Notes: generated by a model from the letters alone, not told the origin. A stretch of DNA of 48,037 nt from an uncultured Candidatus Saccharibacteria bacterium (GCA_964364285.1 CAYIKZ010000005.1:1-48037); one strand, 5' to 3'; shown: positions 17,920 through 26,441, counted from the first letter of the stretch. Translations and numbers: made by a program.

Positions 17920-20235
17920 ATGGTTAAGAAACAACAAAAATTAAATACACACAAGTCTACAGTTTTTTGTAGCTTAGATATTGAAACCTCTGGGTTTGAT
18001 CCTTCAGAGAGTGAAGTTTTAGAATTGGGTATGGTTTTTTTCGAGATTGAAAACAAGAGTATAAAAATATTGAGTGAGTGGCAATCTGTTTTCAAACCAA
18101 CAAAAGAAGTTCCACCAAGAATTCTTGCACTAACAGGTATTAGTCAAGAAGAACTAGATCAAGCAGAATCTTTCAGAGATAAATACGATCAGATTCAGAG
18201 TCTTGTTAAAGATTGTGTTATAGTAGGACACAATATTAGTTTTGATATTAAATTCTTAGAAGGTTTTGGAATCAAGTTTTCCGGAAAACAAATTGATACT
18301 CTTGATCTGGCCCAGATGCTTTTGCCAAACAACCAATCATATAACCTTGAAGCTTTAATGAATTTCTTAGAGGTTGACCACAAAGATGCGCACAGGGCCC
18401 TGGCTGATGCAAAAGCAGTATTGGTTGTCATCGAAAGACTCTTGCAATATTTTGCAACATTTTCTGAGAAACTTAAAAAAGAACTAAGAGATTTCTTTCT
18501 TTCTAAAAAGTTCCCTGAGTTTTCTCAATTCTTAGAAACAGATTTTAAACCAAGAGATATACAAGTTAGGGAAAGAAATTTAGAGATACACGAAAGCAAA
18601 GAGATAACTAAAGCTTTAGAAGAAGATCAAAAGATCGTGACCTTTCCTTTAGGTTTTGAATATCAGTCATATATTTACGGTGCTTTAAAGAAAACAAAAG
18701 AGAAAATTCTTCTAGTCGTTGAGAACAAAAATATTGTATATCAGCTTTGGAAGCAAGGAGTCGCGTATCCTCTTTTTGCAAACAGAGACATTTTAAACAA
18801 GGATGCTTTAGAAAAGACTTTTAAGTCTAAAATGCCTTTAGATCAGCGTTTTTTCTTAGCAAAAATGATGGTTTGGAAAGAAACTAATTGGCAATCAGAA
18901 TCACTTGTAGACCTTAATTTTTCATACACAGGCAATCAATTTAGAAGCCTAATATCCTATTCTGATGAAGAAGATTTAAAGTGGAAGATAGAGGAAAAAT
19001 CAAAGGTTATCACAGTTGATTACACTGACTTTATTAATCTCAAAGATACTTCTAAGTTTGAAAAAAGAAAATTAGTTATTCTTGATCTAAATGCTTTTGA
19101 ACAAGCATTAACATTTGTTACAAGCAAAAAAGTTTCTTGGAATGATTTCATATATTCATTCAAACAAATTTATGATCCCGAAACACAAAGAGGGAACAAT
19201 CAATATGAAGATCTAGTTCTTGAATCTTTAGCAGAGGTTGATTTATTCTTTGGTTTCGCTTCAATGCACTGGAAAAAAATAGATAGCGAGTCATATCAAT
19301 TCTTGGTTAATGAAAAAACAGAGGCTAATACAAACTACGAAGTAATCCAAATAGCGGCACAAAACTTCATTACAAAGATTAGAAAGATAAACAAAACATT
19401 TAAATCAGATCGTATTGATTGGAATTTGGAATATTTAGAAAATTTTTTTGAAAGCGATCCAACTCAAATTCGTTGGATAGAGATTGGAGACAAGAGATTG
19501 GTATTTTCTCTTGCACCGTTAAGTCTTGAAACAATCGCTTCCGAGTTATTTAGCAGTTACAAAAAAATACTATTCACAGCATCTCTTGGTTCAGAGAAGC
19601 TGGTTCAATATTTTGAACATCGTTTGAATTTAAAAAACTTTGATTTAAAAAAAGTTGGTCAGCAAGAATTAAGAAAAAGATTTGAAGTAATAATCTCAGC
19701 ACAAAATTCTGCTCCACAAATTGATAGTGAGGGTTTAATACGATTGTTGGAAAAATTAGACTATCCGGCTGCTTTGTTAATGCCAAGCTCTTCTGCTTTA
19801 AGGACATTCTATGAAGCAAACTTCAAAAAACTTCAGGAAAAATATAAGGTTGCAGCACAAAGCTATTCTGGTGGTTCAAACAAACTTTTGGAAAATTTTA
19901 GTATTCATTCAAATGGACTGTTAATAGTTACTGATAACTTCATACTTAAACAAAGCGCAAAGAGAATAAAGGTTAGAGACGTAGTTATGACCAGACTTCC
20001 TTTTGAACAGTTTAATCACCCGCTTTTTGCAGCTCAAGCAGAGAAATATCCTAACCAATTCATAGATTTTAACATTCCAAGGGCTTTGCATAACTTCCAC
20101 AGCATAATTCGCTTTTTTTTCAGCACTGATCTTGAAAGAATCTACATTTTAGATCAGAAAATACATAAGGATTACGGTAAATACTTCGTTGAGTACCTAA
20201 AATCACTGCCTTTTGTAGATATCAAGTATGAATAG
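17920..20235 (+). CDS. DEDDh 3'-5' exonuclease fused to a degenerate DinG-like helicase
   Basis: LDIETSG, VGHNISFD and HRALADA exonuclease motifs; C-terminal LFTASL and VVMTRLPF DinG-like motifs; no Walker A or DEAH. Confidence 0.8.
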   Translation: MVKKQQKLNTHKSTVFCSLDIETSGFDPSESEVLELGMVFFEIENKSIKILSEWQSVFKPTKEVPPRILALTGISQEELDQAESFRDKYDQIQSLVKDCVIVGHNISFDIKFLEGFGIKFSGKQIDTLDLAQMLLPNNQSYNLEALMNFLEVDHKDAHRALADAKAVLVVIERLLQYFATFSEKLKKELRDFFLSKKFPEFSQFLETDFKPRDIQVRERNLEIHESKEITKALEEDQKIVTFPLGFEYQSYIYGALKKTKEKILLVVENKNIVYQLWKQGVAYPLFANRDILNKDALEKTFKSKMPLDQRFFLAKMMVWKETNWQSESLVDLNFSYTGNQFRSLISYSDEEDLKWKIEEKSKVITVDYTDFINLKDTSKFEKRKLVILDLNAFEQALTFVTSKKVSWNDFIYSFKQIYDPETQRGNNQYEDLVLESLAEVDLFFGFASMHWKKIDSESYQFLVNEKTEANTNYEVIQIAAQNFITKIRKINKTFKSDRIDWNLEYLENFFESDPTQIRWIEIGDKRLVFSLAPLSLETIASELFSSYKKILFTASLGSEKLVQYFEHRLNLKNFDLKKVGQQELRKRFEVIISAQNSAPQIDSEGLIRLLEKLDYPAALLMPSSSALRTFYEANFKKLQEKYKVAAQSYSGGSNKLLENFSIHSNGLLIVTDNFILKQSAKRIKVRDVVMTRLPFEQFNHPLFAAQAEKYPNQFIDFNIPRALHNFHSIIRFFFSTDLERIYILDQKIHKDYGKYFVEYLKSLPFVDIKYE

Positions 20236-20332
20236 GTGTGTATAACACAAGATATTAACAAGATATTTACACCCTTTTTGGCTCTTTTTTCTTCATTTGT
20301 TGGCTTTAGTTAGCCAAAATAGCACCAGAGAA

Positions 20333-20362
20333 TTGACATTAGGTCAATTTCTGTGATAATAT
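20333..20362 (+). promoter_or_regulatory. sigma70-type promoter with an overlapping inverted repeat
   Basis: TTGACA at 20333 with extended -10 (TG-T-GATAAT or TG-A-TAATAT); AATTGAC-N5-GTCAATT at 20331-20349. Confidence 0.7.
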
Positions 20363-20366
20363 ATAT

Positions 20367-20791
20367 ACGTAACGTTTTCCACAGCACCTTAACAAATACA
20401 AACTACAGACAGGGACTTGTTCCTAAGCAATTTGGGGCCAACTCTCTTGTTACTTCTCGTCATAGCCTATTTAAGTCGTAGGCTGATTGAAAACAAAAAC
20501 AAAATGAAGAGGTTTCTCCTTACCTTAAAAGGACAAAAATATAAAACACATACAAACAAAAAGTTTCGTTTAGGTCTACGGACCACAAGAGAAGTACAAG
20601 GTCTATAGTTTGTAACTCGACTTAGTTACAGGCGTTACAGTTGGTTTCTATGCATGTATTTCCTCCTGCATTAGGTTTAGGGCTTAAAAGGTTTAAGCCC
20701 TGCATCTAATGCGGGGAGAAGTCGCCGAAATCGACTATAAAGGCCCTCGGGGCTTAAAATTTATTTTATGAGCTTGCCGCAGGGCCTTTTT
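20367..20791 (+). ncRNA. candidate large structured ncRNA of unknown class
   Basis: Own promoter and terminator; nested long-range helices; C(UACG)G tetraloop; loop-loop complementarity (see findings). Confidence 0.6.
20739..20791 (+). terminator. long terminator hairpin
   Basis: AAAGGCCCT...AGGGCCTTT followed by TT. Confidence 0.7.
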
Positions 20792-20813
20792 GCATTTTTA
20801 AGTGGGTTTACCT

Positions 20814-20846
20814 AGAGCTTGTCAGGCTCTTTTTTTAATATATAAT
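20814..20846 (+). promoter_or_regulatory. second terminator with a nested promoter for the dksA-like gene
   Basis: AGAGC-TTGTCAG-GCTCT plus T-run; TTGTCA-16nt-TATAAT. Confidence 0.55.
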
Positions 20847-20875
20847 AACTATGTAATTAAAACGTTACGAAAAAA

Positions 20876-21184
20876 ATGCCCTCCAAAGAATTTGTGGAAA
20901 AAATGAATGAAAGATTGTTAGAGGAAAAAGAACGTCTTTCGGGAGAATTAAGCGAACTATCATCACACACTGAAATGGGTGATGAAGATGATGAGAATGC
21001 TCAAGAAGTTGGTAATGATGAGGTTAGTCAAGATATTGCCGCAACCTTAAAAGCAGATCTTAAAAAGATTGAGTCAGCTTTAAAGCGAATTGAAGATGGC
21101 AGTTATGGTATGACTGCTGACGGACAGGAAATTCCAGAAGCAAGATTAGAAGTTTTGCCTTGGGCAGATTCAATAGTTGAATAA
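20876..21184 (+). CDS. TraR/DksA family transcription factor lacking zinc-finger cysteines
   Basis: Coiled coil with acidic tip, then ALKRIEDGSYG...IPEARLEVLPWA. Confidence 0.8.
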   Translation: MPSKEFVEKMNERLLEEKERLSGELSELSSHTEMGDEDDENAQEVGNDEVSQDIAATLKADLKKIESALKRIEDGSYGMTADGQEIPEARLEVLPWADSIVE

Positions 21185-21188
21185 CAAA

Positions 21189-21602
21189 ATGAAAAACATT
21201 AAGGAAAAGATAACATACTCCTTAGTGTTTTTTTTATTCTTCCTTCTTGATCAAGCAACAAAGTACTTTGTTTTAAAAAAACATCGTGCTTTAATATTTG
21301 AAAATGAAAACTTTGCTTTTAGTTTAAAAGTTCCAACTCCTTTGATGTATTTAACATACATCATTCTTTTAGGGCTGCTTTCTAATTGGTTTTTAAAAAA
21401 ACAAAACAAAAATATTCTAGACAAGCTTGGTTTTGTTTTAATCCTTTCAGGAGCAGTTTCAAATATTTCAGAACGTTTGTTCAATGGTTTTGTGATTGAT
21501 TTCGTTCACATATATACCGGGGTTTTTAATCTTGCAGATTTTTTCATAATTCTAGGAATTATTCTTCTGTTTTTTTCAAAAGACGAGTTAATGAAAAATT
21601 AA
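21189..21602 (+). CDS. lspA: lipoprotein signal peptidase II
   Basis: LDQATK, NENFAFS, GAVSNISER, VIDF, FNLAD. Confidence 0.9.
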   Translation: MKNIKEKITYSLVFFLFFLLDQATKYFVLKKHRALIFENENFAFSLKVPTPLMYLTYIILLGLLSNWFLKKQNKNILDKLGFVLILSGAVSNISERLFNGFVIDFVHIYTGVFNLADFFIILGIILLFFSKDELMKN

Positions 21603-21634
21603 CGAATATTTAATCTTTTTTGCGTATAGTATAT

Positions 21635-21828
21635 GACAGCAAAATCATTAACTATTCTTTCCGTGAAGCGAAAACGCATCTTCGGGATTAGAGAGGTCTC
21701 TTTCTTGCAGACGCTTCAAAAAAGAAATCAAAGAGCGGATCAGAGCATGTCTCCGCATCCTCCGCTTTACAGAATCCGTTTCAACGGATTTCCTCGGATT
21801 AAAGTTAATGATTTTGCTGTTTTCTTTT
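21635..21828 (+). ncRNA. candidate ~190-nt structured ncRNA
   Basis: Perfect 18-bp 5'/3' stem (21636-21653 with 21803-21820); internal hairpins; -10 TATAGT at 21625; 3' U-tract. Confidence 0.6.
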
Positions 21829-21884
21829 AGAGTTAAACATCAGAATATGCTAGAATTGTTTTGTAAGTAACCTTTAGAAACAAA

Positions 21885-23201
21885 ATGGACAAAACAAAGA
21901 TATATTGGGCTGTTGGAGGAGTAGGAGCTATATTACTCGTAATCTTCCTTGGCTGGTTCTTCTTTTTTAGGGGTTCAAGCTCACCAAGCGGCGGAAATAC
22001 TAATCAGAAACTGACTTTAAACATTTGGGGAGTCTTTGAAACATCAGAGGGAATGAACACTTTCATTACTGAATTCAACAAGAATAACCCTAATGTTGAA
22101 GTTACGTATTCTCAGCGCAATGTTGATACTTATGAAGACGATTTAATCAACGCCTTAGCTATTAACCAAGGCCCTGATATTTTAGTAATACATAATGACT
22201 GGTTACCTAAATACCAGAACAAACTTTTACCAGCCCCGGATAATCTTGTTTCATTAAGAGATTACAAGAATAACTTTGTTGACACAGTGTATTCTGATTT
22301 TGTTTCTGAAAACAAAATCTGGGCAGCTCCCATTGCAATAGACAGTTTAGCTTTGTATTACAACAAAGATATTCTAGGAAGCGCGAGCATCGCGGTTCCT
22401 GCGACAACATGGCAAGAGCTAAAGAACCAAAGTCAGAGAATAACAAACAGAGGGGCAGGATCATTCTTTAACAGATCAGGTGTTGCTCTTGGTACAAACG
22501 CAAATATTAACAGGGCGGTTGATATTTTGTATTTGTTAATGTTGCAAGACAGAGTTGAACCTTACAGCAGTGATTTTTCTCAGCCAACATTTGATCAAGC
22601 AATAACTCAGAAAGATGGAAGCTCATTCTTTCCAGCTGCTGATGCTTTAAATTTTTACACTAGCTTTTCAAATCCAACATCTGATAACTATACATGGAAT
22701 AGCCGTTCAAACTATTCAATTGATGCTTTTGCAAATGGCGAGCTCGGATATATGTATGGGTATTACTATGCCCGTGATTTAATTGCGCAGAAAGCTCCAA
22801 ATTTAAATTATGATATTACGCCAGTACCACAGCCTGATAACATTCAGACTCTGGTTAACTTTGCAAACTACTGGGGCTTTGCAGTTTCAAAGCAAACAAA
22901 AAATCCAAACACCGCTTGGAACTTCATAAAAGCAATGACCAGCAAAAACGCTCTAAAAAAATACTATGAGGTAAACAAAATGCCATCACCAAGAAAAGAC
23001 ATCATAAACGAACAGATTGGTGATCCTGAAATTGGTGTTTTTGCTTCAGCAAACCTAACTGCCAAATCTTTCTACAAAAAAGACCAAGTTAAGGCTGATG
23101 GTATCTTCCAAACAATGATAGATGACATTATTTTAAGGGGAAGAACCATTGAAAATGCGATTTCAACAGCAGCACAGAAGATATCAGGGCTTGGACAATA
23201 G
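21885..23201 (+). CDS. membrane-anchored extracellular solute-binding protein (sugar-binding family 1-like)
   Basis: N-terminal TM segment, GPDILVIHNDWL, LALYYNKD, PATTWQEL, YWGFAVSK. Confidence 0.85.
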   Translation: MDKTKIYWAVGGVGAILLVIFLGWFFFFRGSSSPSGGNTNQKLTLNIWGVFETSEGMNTFITEFNKNNPNVEVTYSQRNVDTYEDDLINALAINQGPDILVIHNDWLPKYQNKLLPAPDNLVSLRDYKNNFVDTVYSDFVSENKIWAAPIAIDSLALYYNKDILGSASIAVPATTWQELKNQSQRITNRGAGSFFNRSGVALGTNANINRAVDILYLLMLQDRVEPYSSDFSQPTFDQAITQKDGSSFFPAADALNFYTSFSNPTSDNYTWNSRSNYSIDAFANGELGYMYGYYYARDLIAQKAPNLNYDITPVPQPDNIQTLVNFANYWGFAVSKQTKNPNTAWNFIKAMTSKNALKKYYEVNKMPSPRKDIINEQIGDPEIGVFASANLTAKSFYKKDQVKADGIFQTMIDDIILRGRTIENAISTAAQKISGLGQ

Positions 23202-23247
23202 CTAAAAAGATAGTTATTTGTGATATAATAAAGAAAAGAGATCGCAA

Positions 23248-23775
23248 ATGAACTCAAAAACAAAAATCAAGATTTTCGCGATATTAATGGGTATAAACCT
23301 TTTTAGCGTTGCGTCAGTATTTGCTGCTAATCCAAAAGGATCTGGTTTAACTGTTTGCGGCAATTCAACTACATCTCAGATTCAAACGTATCAAGATTGG
23401 TTAATACAGCATCCAAAAAACGGTGTAGAGTACCAAGCCAAACAAGATCAGTGGTACATAGATGAACAGAAACAGCGTGATTTAGCAGGAATGTGCGCAC
23501 CTAAAGATATATACAAACAAATTGGTAGAATCATAAACTTCCTGGTCGGAATTTCTACAGCATACTTGGTTTTCAAACTTGCTTTTGCCGGTTATATTAT
23601 GGCAGTGTTTAAAGGTAATGAAACAGCTTTAACAGAAGCGAAAACTCAGATTGGTCATAGCATTACTGGAATGGTTTTAATTTTTGGCGCATACTTAACA
23701 GTAATGACTTTCTTTGGAGATATCTTTGGTGTAAATATACGTTTGCCTTTAGGTATAAACTTGTTTGAGAAATAA
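23248..23775 (+). CDS. VirB2/TrbC-type (T4SS_pilin-like) pilin
   Basis: Signal peptide ending VFA, Cys pair, two TM segments separated by GNE...AK. Confidence 0.65.
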   Translation: MNSKTKIKIFAILMGINLFSVASVFAANPKGSGLTVCGNSTTSQIQTYQDWLIQHPKNGVEYQAKQDQWYIDEQKQRDLAGMCAPKDIYKQIGRIINFLVGISTAYLVFKLAFAGYIMAVFKGNETALTEAKTQIGHSITGMVLIFGAYLTVMTFFGDIFGVNIRLPLGINLFEK

Positions 23776-23776
23776 T

Positions 23777-24553
23777 ATGATAAAAAACAAGCTCGTTAAA
23801 TTTTTAGCATCTGTTGGACTAGCATTTTCAATTTTGGCAATGCCGATTATGACTTTGGCAGCTTTGCCAAAGGTTGATTTTTCAGTTGATGTTTTTGATA
23901 GCACTAAACGAGATCTAATTTCTAAAGTTAAACCAGAAGCTGGTGACGAAATTATTTTTCGTATCACTATAAATAGCAGTGCTACAACTGATTTTTCAAA
24001 TGTAAAGATCAAGGTCGGATTAGATAGTGCGTATATGACATATGTTAGCCCTGAATACATTAATGGTTTTGCTATCGGAGATGTAAAAGCAAAAAGCCAA
24101 TTACGAATGTATAATGCGATAACCATTTTAAAGAAGATTGGGGATTTTAAAGCAACAATAACAGTATCAGCTGACAACGCCCAGCCAAGCACTCAAACGT
24201 TTAGTCTTAATCTTTCTGGTTCAAGTCAACCGCAATCACCAGCAGACAGCAATGACGGCGGTTCTTGTGTCATAGACGGATTTAATACATCAGATACTAA
24301 ACTTTGTAACCCACTCCCTGACAAGAATTTAGGAGAGTTAGTAAAGAGGTTAATCAATTATATTTTGATTGGTATATCTTCGATGGCTATTGTTACAGTA
24401 GTTATAGCCGCGTTTATAATCGTGAGTTCTCAAGGAAACGAAGAAACCATTAAAGGGGCTAAAACATCCATTTCATGGGCTGTTGTGGGAATTGTCCTCG
24501 CTCTGCTTGCGTATTCCATCGCATCAATTATTGAAAGTGCAGTAACAAGATAA
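23777..24553 (+). CDS. pilin-like protein with an N-terminal Ig-like domain
   Basis: Signal peptide, beta-rich domain, C-terminal TM-SQGNEETIKGAK-TM; start moved to 23777. Confidence 0.7.
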   Translation: MIKNKLVKFLASVGLAFSILAMPIMTLAALPKVDFSVDVFDSTKRDLISKVKPEAGDEIIFRITINSSATTDFSNVKIKVGLDSAYMTYVSPEYINGFAIGDVKAKSQLRMYNAITILKKIGDFKATITVSADNAQPSTQTFSLNLSGSSQPQSPADSNDGGSCVIDGFNTSDTKLCNPLPDKNLGELVKRLINYILIGISSMAIVTVVIAAFIIVSSQGNEETIKGAKTSISWAVVGIVLALLAYSIASIIESAVTR

Positions 24554-24555
24554 CT

Positions 24556-25419
24556 ATGAAAAAACTTTTTTCAATCCTATTCTTCGTCGCGATAGCAACA
24601 ATGCCAATAATGGCTTTAGCATCTTTTGATCCACAATGTCCTGGAACAGAAAAGTCTTTGGGATTACTCGCCCCTCTTTTTCATACGAAAATTTGTAGCC
24701 TTAATGAACTAGCATTATTTGCAGTTAATTTTCTTTTAAGTATTATCGCTGTCATCTCAGTCCTCTTTGTTGTTATAGGAGGCTTTAGGTATGTTACTTC
24801 AAATGGAAATGAAGAAGCAGCCTCAAAAGGTAGAGCAACAATTACTAACGCCATAATTGGTTTAGTAATAGCAATGCTTTCATATACAATAATTCGGGTT
24901 TCTGTTAACACGTTTTCTAATAGCTTTAATCCAGAGGCTTCAAGTCAAACACAAAGTCAGACTCAATCCCAATCTCAAACTAAAACAACAAATTCAAACA
25001 ATAATACTCAAGCATCATACTCTAACCTTGTTTCTGGAATTCATTTAACAGGGAAAGCAGACGGGGAATTGATAGTTAACGCAAGTGGTTCAGTTAAAGA
25101 TATACAAGCGACCTGTCCTAATTTTGTTGGAGCAACAGTGAAAGGATCCGCAATTGTTACACATTCTGTGTTGGATGCGCATAACACAAAGCTTTTTGAT
25201 ATGAAGCCTCAAATCGTAGATGGTATGTCTATAAACGGTGATTCTTTTTCAGCTGTTTTAAACTGGGCTGCTGGTTTCTCAGAACCATTGATACGTAATG
25301 GTGAGACTGACTCCTCAGTAGTTTTGCACCTAGAATATGACCCAGGAGCAGGTTGTTCAAAGATAGAGATGGATAAAACATATAATTCAAGGGAATTAAT
25401 TGGTTCAGGCGGTATTTAA
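24556..25419 (+). CDS. pilin-like protein with a C-terminal extension
   Basis: IGGFRYVTSNGNEEAASKGRATITNAIIG core, Ser/Gln/Thr linker, C-terminal domain with a Cys pair. Confidence 0.75.
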   Translation: MKKLFSILFFVAIATMPIMALASFDPQCPGTEKSLGLLAPLFHTKICSLNELALFAVNFLLSIIAVISVLFVVIGGFRYVTSNGNEEAASKGRATITNAIIGLVIAMLSYTIIRVSVNTFSNSFNPEASSQTQSQTQSQSQTKTTNSNNNTQASYSNLVSGIHLTGKADGELIVNASGSVKDIQATCPNFVGATVKGSAIVTHSVLDAHNTKLFDMKPQIVDGMSINGDSFSAVLNWAAGFSEPLIRNGETDSSVVLHLEYDPGAGCSKIEMDKTYNSRELIGSGGI

Positions 25420-25483
25420 CAAGACTGTTTTCCTTTTACTAATAATTATTGTATAATTTAAGACATGGAAGGGGGTGAGAAAT

Positions 25484-25897
25484 TTGAAACTAAGCAAAAT
25501 TAATTTCCTAAAAGTTGGCGAGGTAATATTAGCTTTAACATTGGTACTAGCACCAGTAGCTTTTTCTTTAGCTGCTACAATATATCAGCCAGATTGTAGC
25601 TCATTAGGTGGTGTTCGTTGTGATTCTACAAATACAGGAATTAACGACATTATCATAAAGGTATTGAATATCTTGTTGGGAGTAGCTTTCTTGGTTGCCG
25701 TATTATTCTTAGTTATTGGCGGTTTCCGATACATCACCTCAGCAGGTAACGAAGAGGTTGCAGGTAAAGGAAGAGCGACAATCATTAATGCCCTAATCGG
25801 TGTTGTGGTAATTATTCTTTCATACGTAATAGTCCAGGTGGTAGCAAGAACAGTTACAACTACAGGAAATACTACAGGAACTCCAACTCCTACCTAG
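25484..25897 (+). CDS. VirB2/TrbC-type pilin (possible major subunit)
   Basis: IGGFRYITSAGNEEVAGKGRATIINALIG core; own -10 TATAAT at 25452; strong SD GGGGGTGA favours the TTG start at 25484 over GTG at 25475. Confidence 0.8.
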   Translation: MKLSKINFLKVGEVILALTLVLAPVAFSLAATIYQPDCSSLGGVRCDSTNTGINDIIIKVLNILLGVAFLVAVLFLVIGGFRYITSAGNEEVAGKGRATIINALIGVVVIILSYVIVQVVARTVTTTGNTTGTPTPT

Positions 25898-25936
25898 TTA
25901 ATTTAGATTATTCTTTTAAGAGAGAGAGGTGAAAAA

Positions 25937-26404
25937 ATGAAAAAAAAGATTTTAACATTAGCTTTCGCATTAATCTTGGGTGGAACAAGTCTTTTTGCTT
26001 TTTCACCTCTGATTCCAGAAGTCTCTGCAGCCGCATCTGACCCAAGCATTTGTGGAATGACGGGTAAAGGTGTTTTGCAAGAAGGGACTATTTTAGTACC
26101 AGATCCTAAAACTGGATTATGTATTCCAATGAAAGCCGGGGATGTAAACAGACCTGACACTGTAAACACTTTGTTGATTAGGATCATAAACATAATCCTT
26201 TCAATTTCAGCGAGCTTTGCTATATTGTTCGTTGTTATAGGTGGATTTAGATACATTACCTCAAACGGTAATGAAGAAGTTGCAGGTAAGGGCAGACAAA
26301 CTCTGGTTAATGCAATCATAGGTTTAGTTATAATAATCTTGGCGTATACGATCGTTCGTATTGCTGTTAATACCACAAGTAGTGGTGGATTCTTTGGCTT
26401 TTAA
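25937..26404 (+). CDS. VirB2/TrbC-type pilin
   Basis: IGGFRYITSNGNEEVAGKGRQTLVNAIIG core; SD GAGGTGA. Confidence 0.8.
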   Translation: MKKKILTLAFALILGGTSLFAFSPLIPEVSAAASDPSICGMTGKGVLQEGTILVPDPKTGLCIPMKAGDVNRPDTVNTLLIRIINIILSISASFAILFVVIGGFRYITSNGNEEVAGKGRQTLVNAIIGLVIIILAYTIVRIAVNTTSSGGFFGF

Positions 26405-26413
26405 TGACCTAGT

Positions 26414-26441
26414 AAAAAAGCCCCTAAACAGGGGCTTTTTT
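26414..26441 (+). terminator. intrinsic terminator
   Basis: AAAAAAGCCCCT-AAAC-AGGGGCTTTTTT. Confidence 0.88.

Noticed and set aside
20367-20791. Identification of the large RNA as tmRNA, RNase P RNA, T-box or group II intron
   Set aside because: No tRNA-like acceptor/T-arm with CCA, no GAGGAAAGUCC paired with a CR-V element, no T-box GGUGGnACC, and no domain V motif seen.
21633-21830. 65-aa ORF as a real protein
   Set aside because: The ATG is only 2 nt after the likely -10, so it lies upstream of +1. The ORF coincides with an extensively self-complementary region and shows no protein motif.
24940-25010. SQTQSQ repeat as a tandem or contingency repeat
   Set aside because: Codons vary between units; it is an ordinary low-complexity linker.
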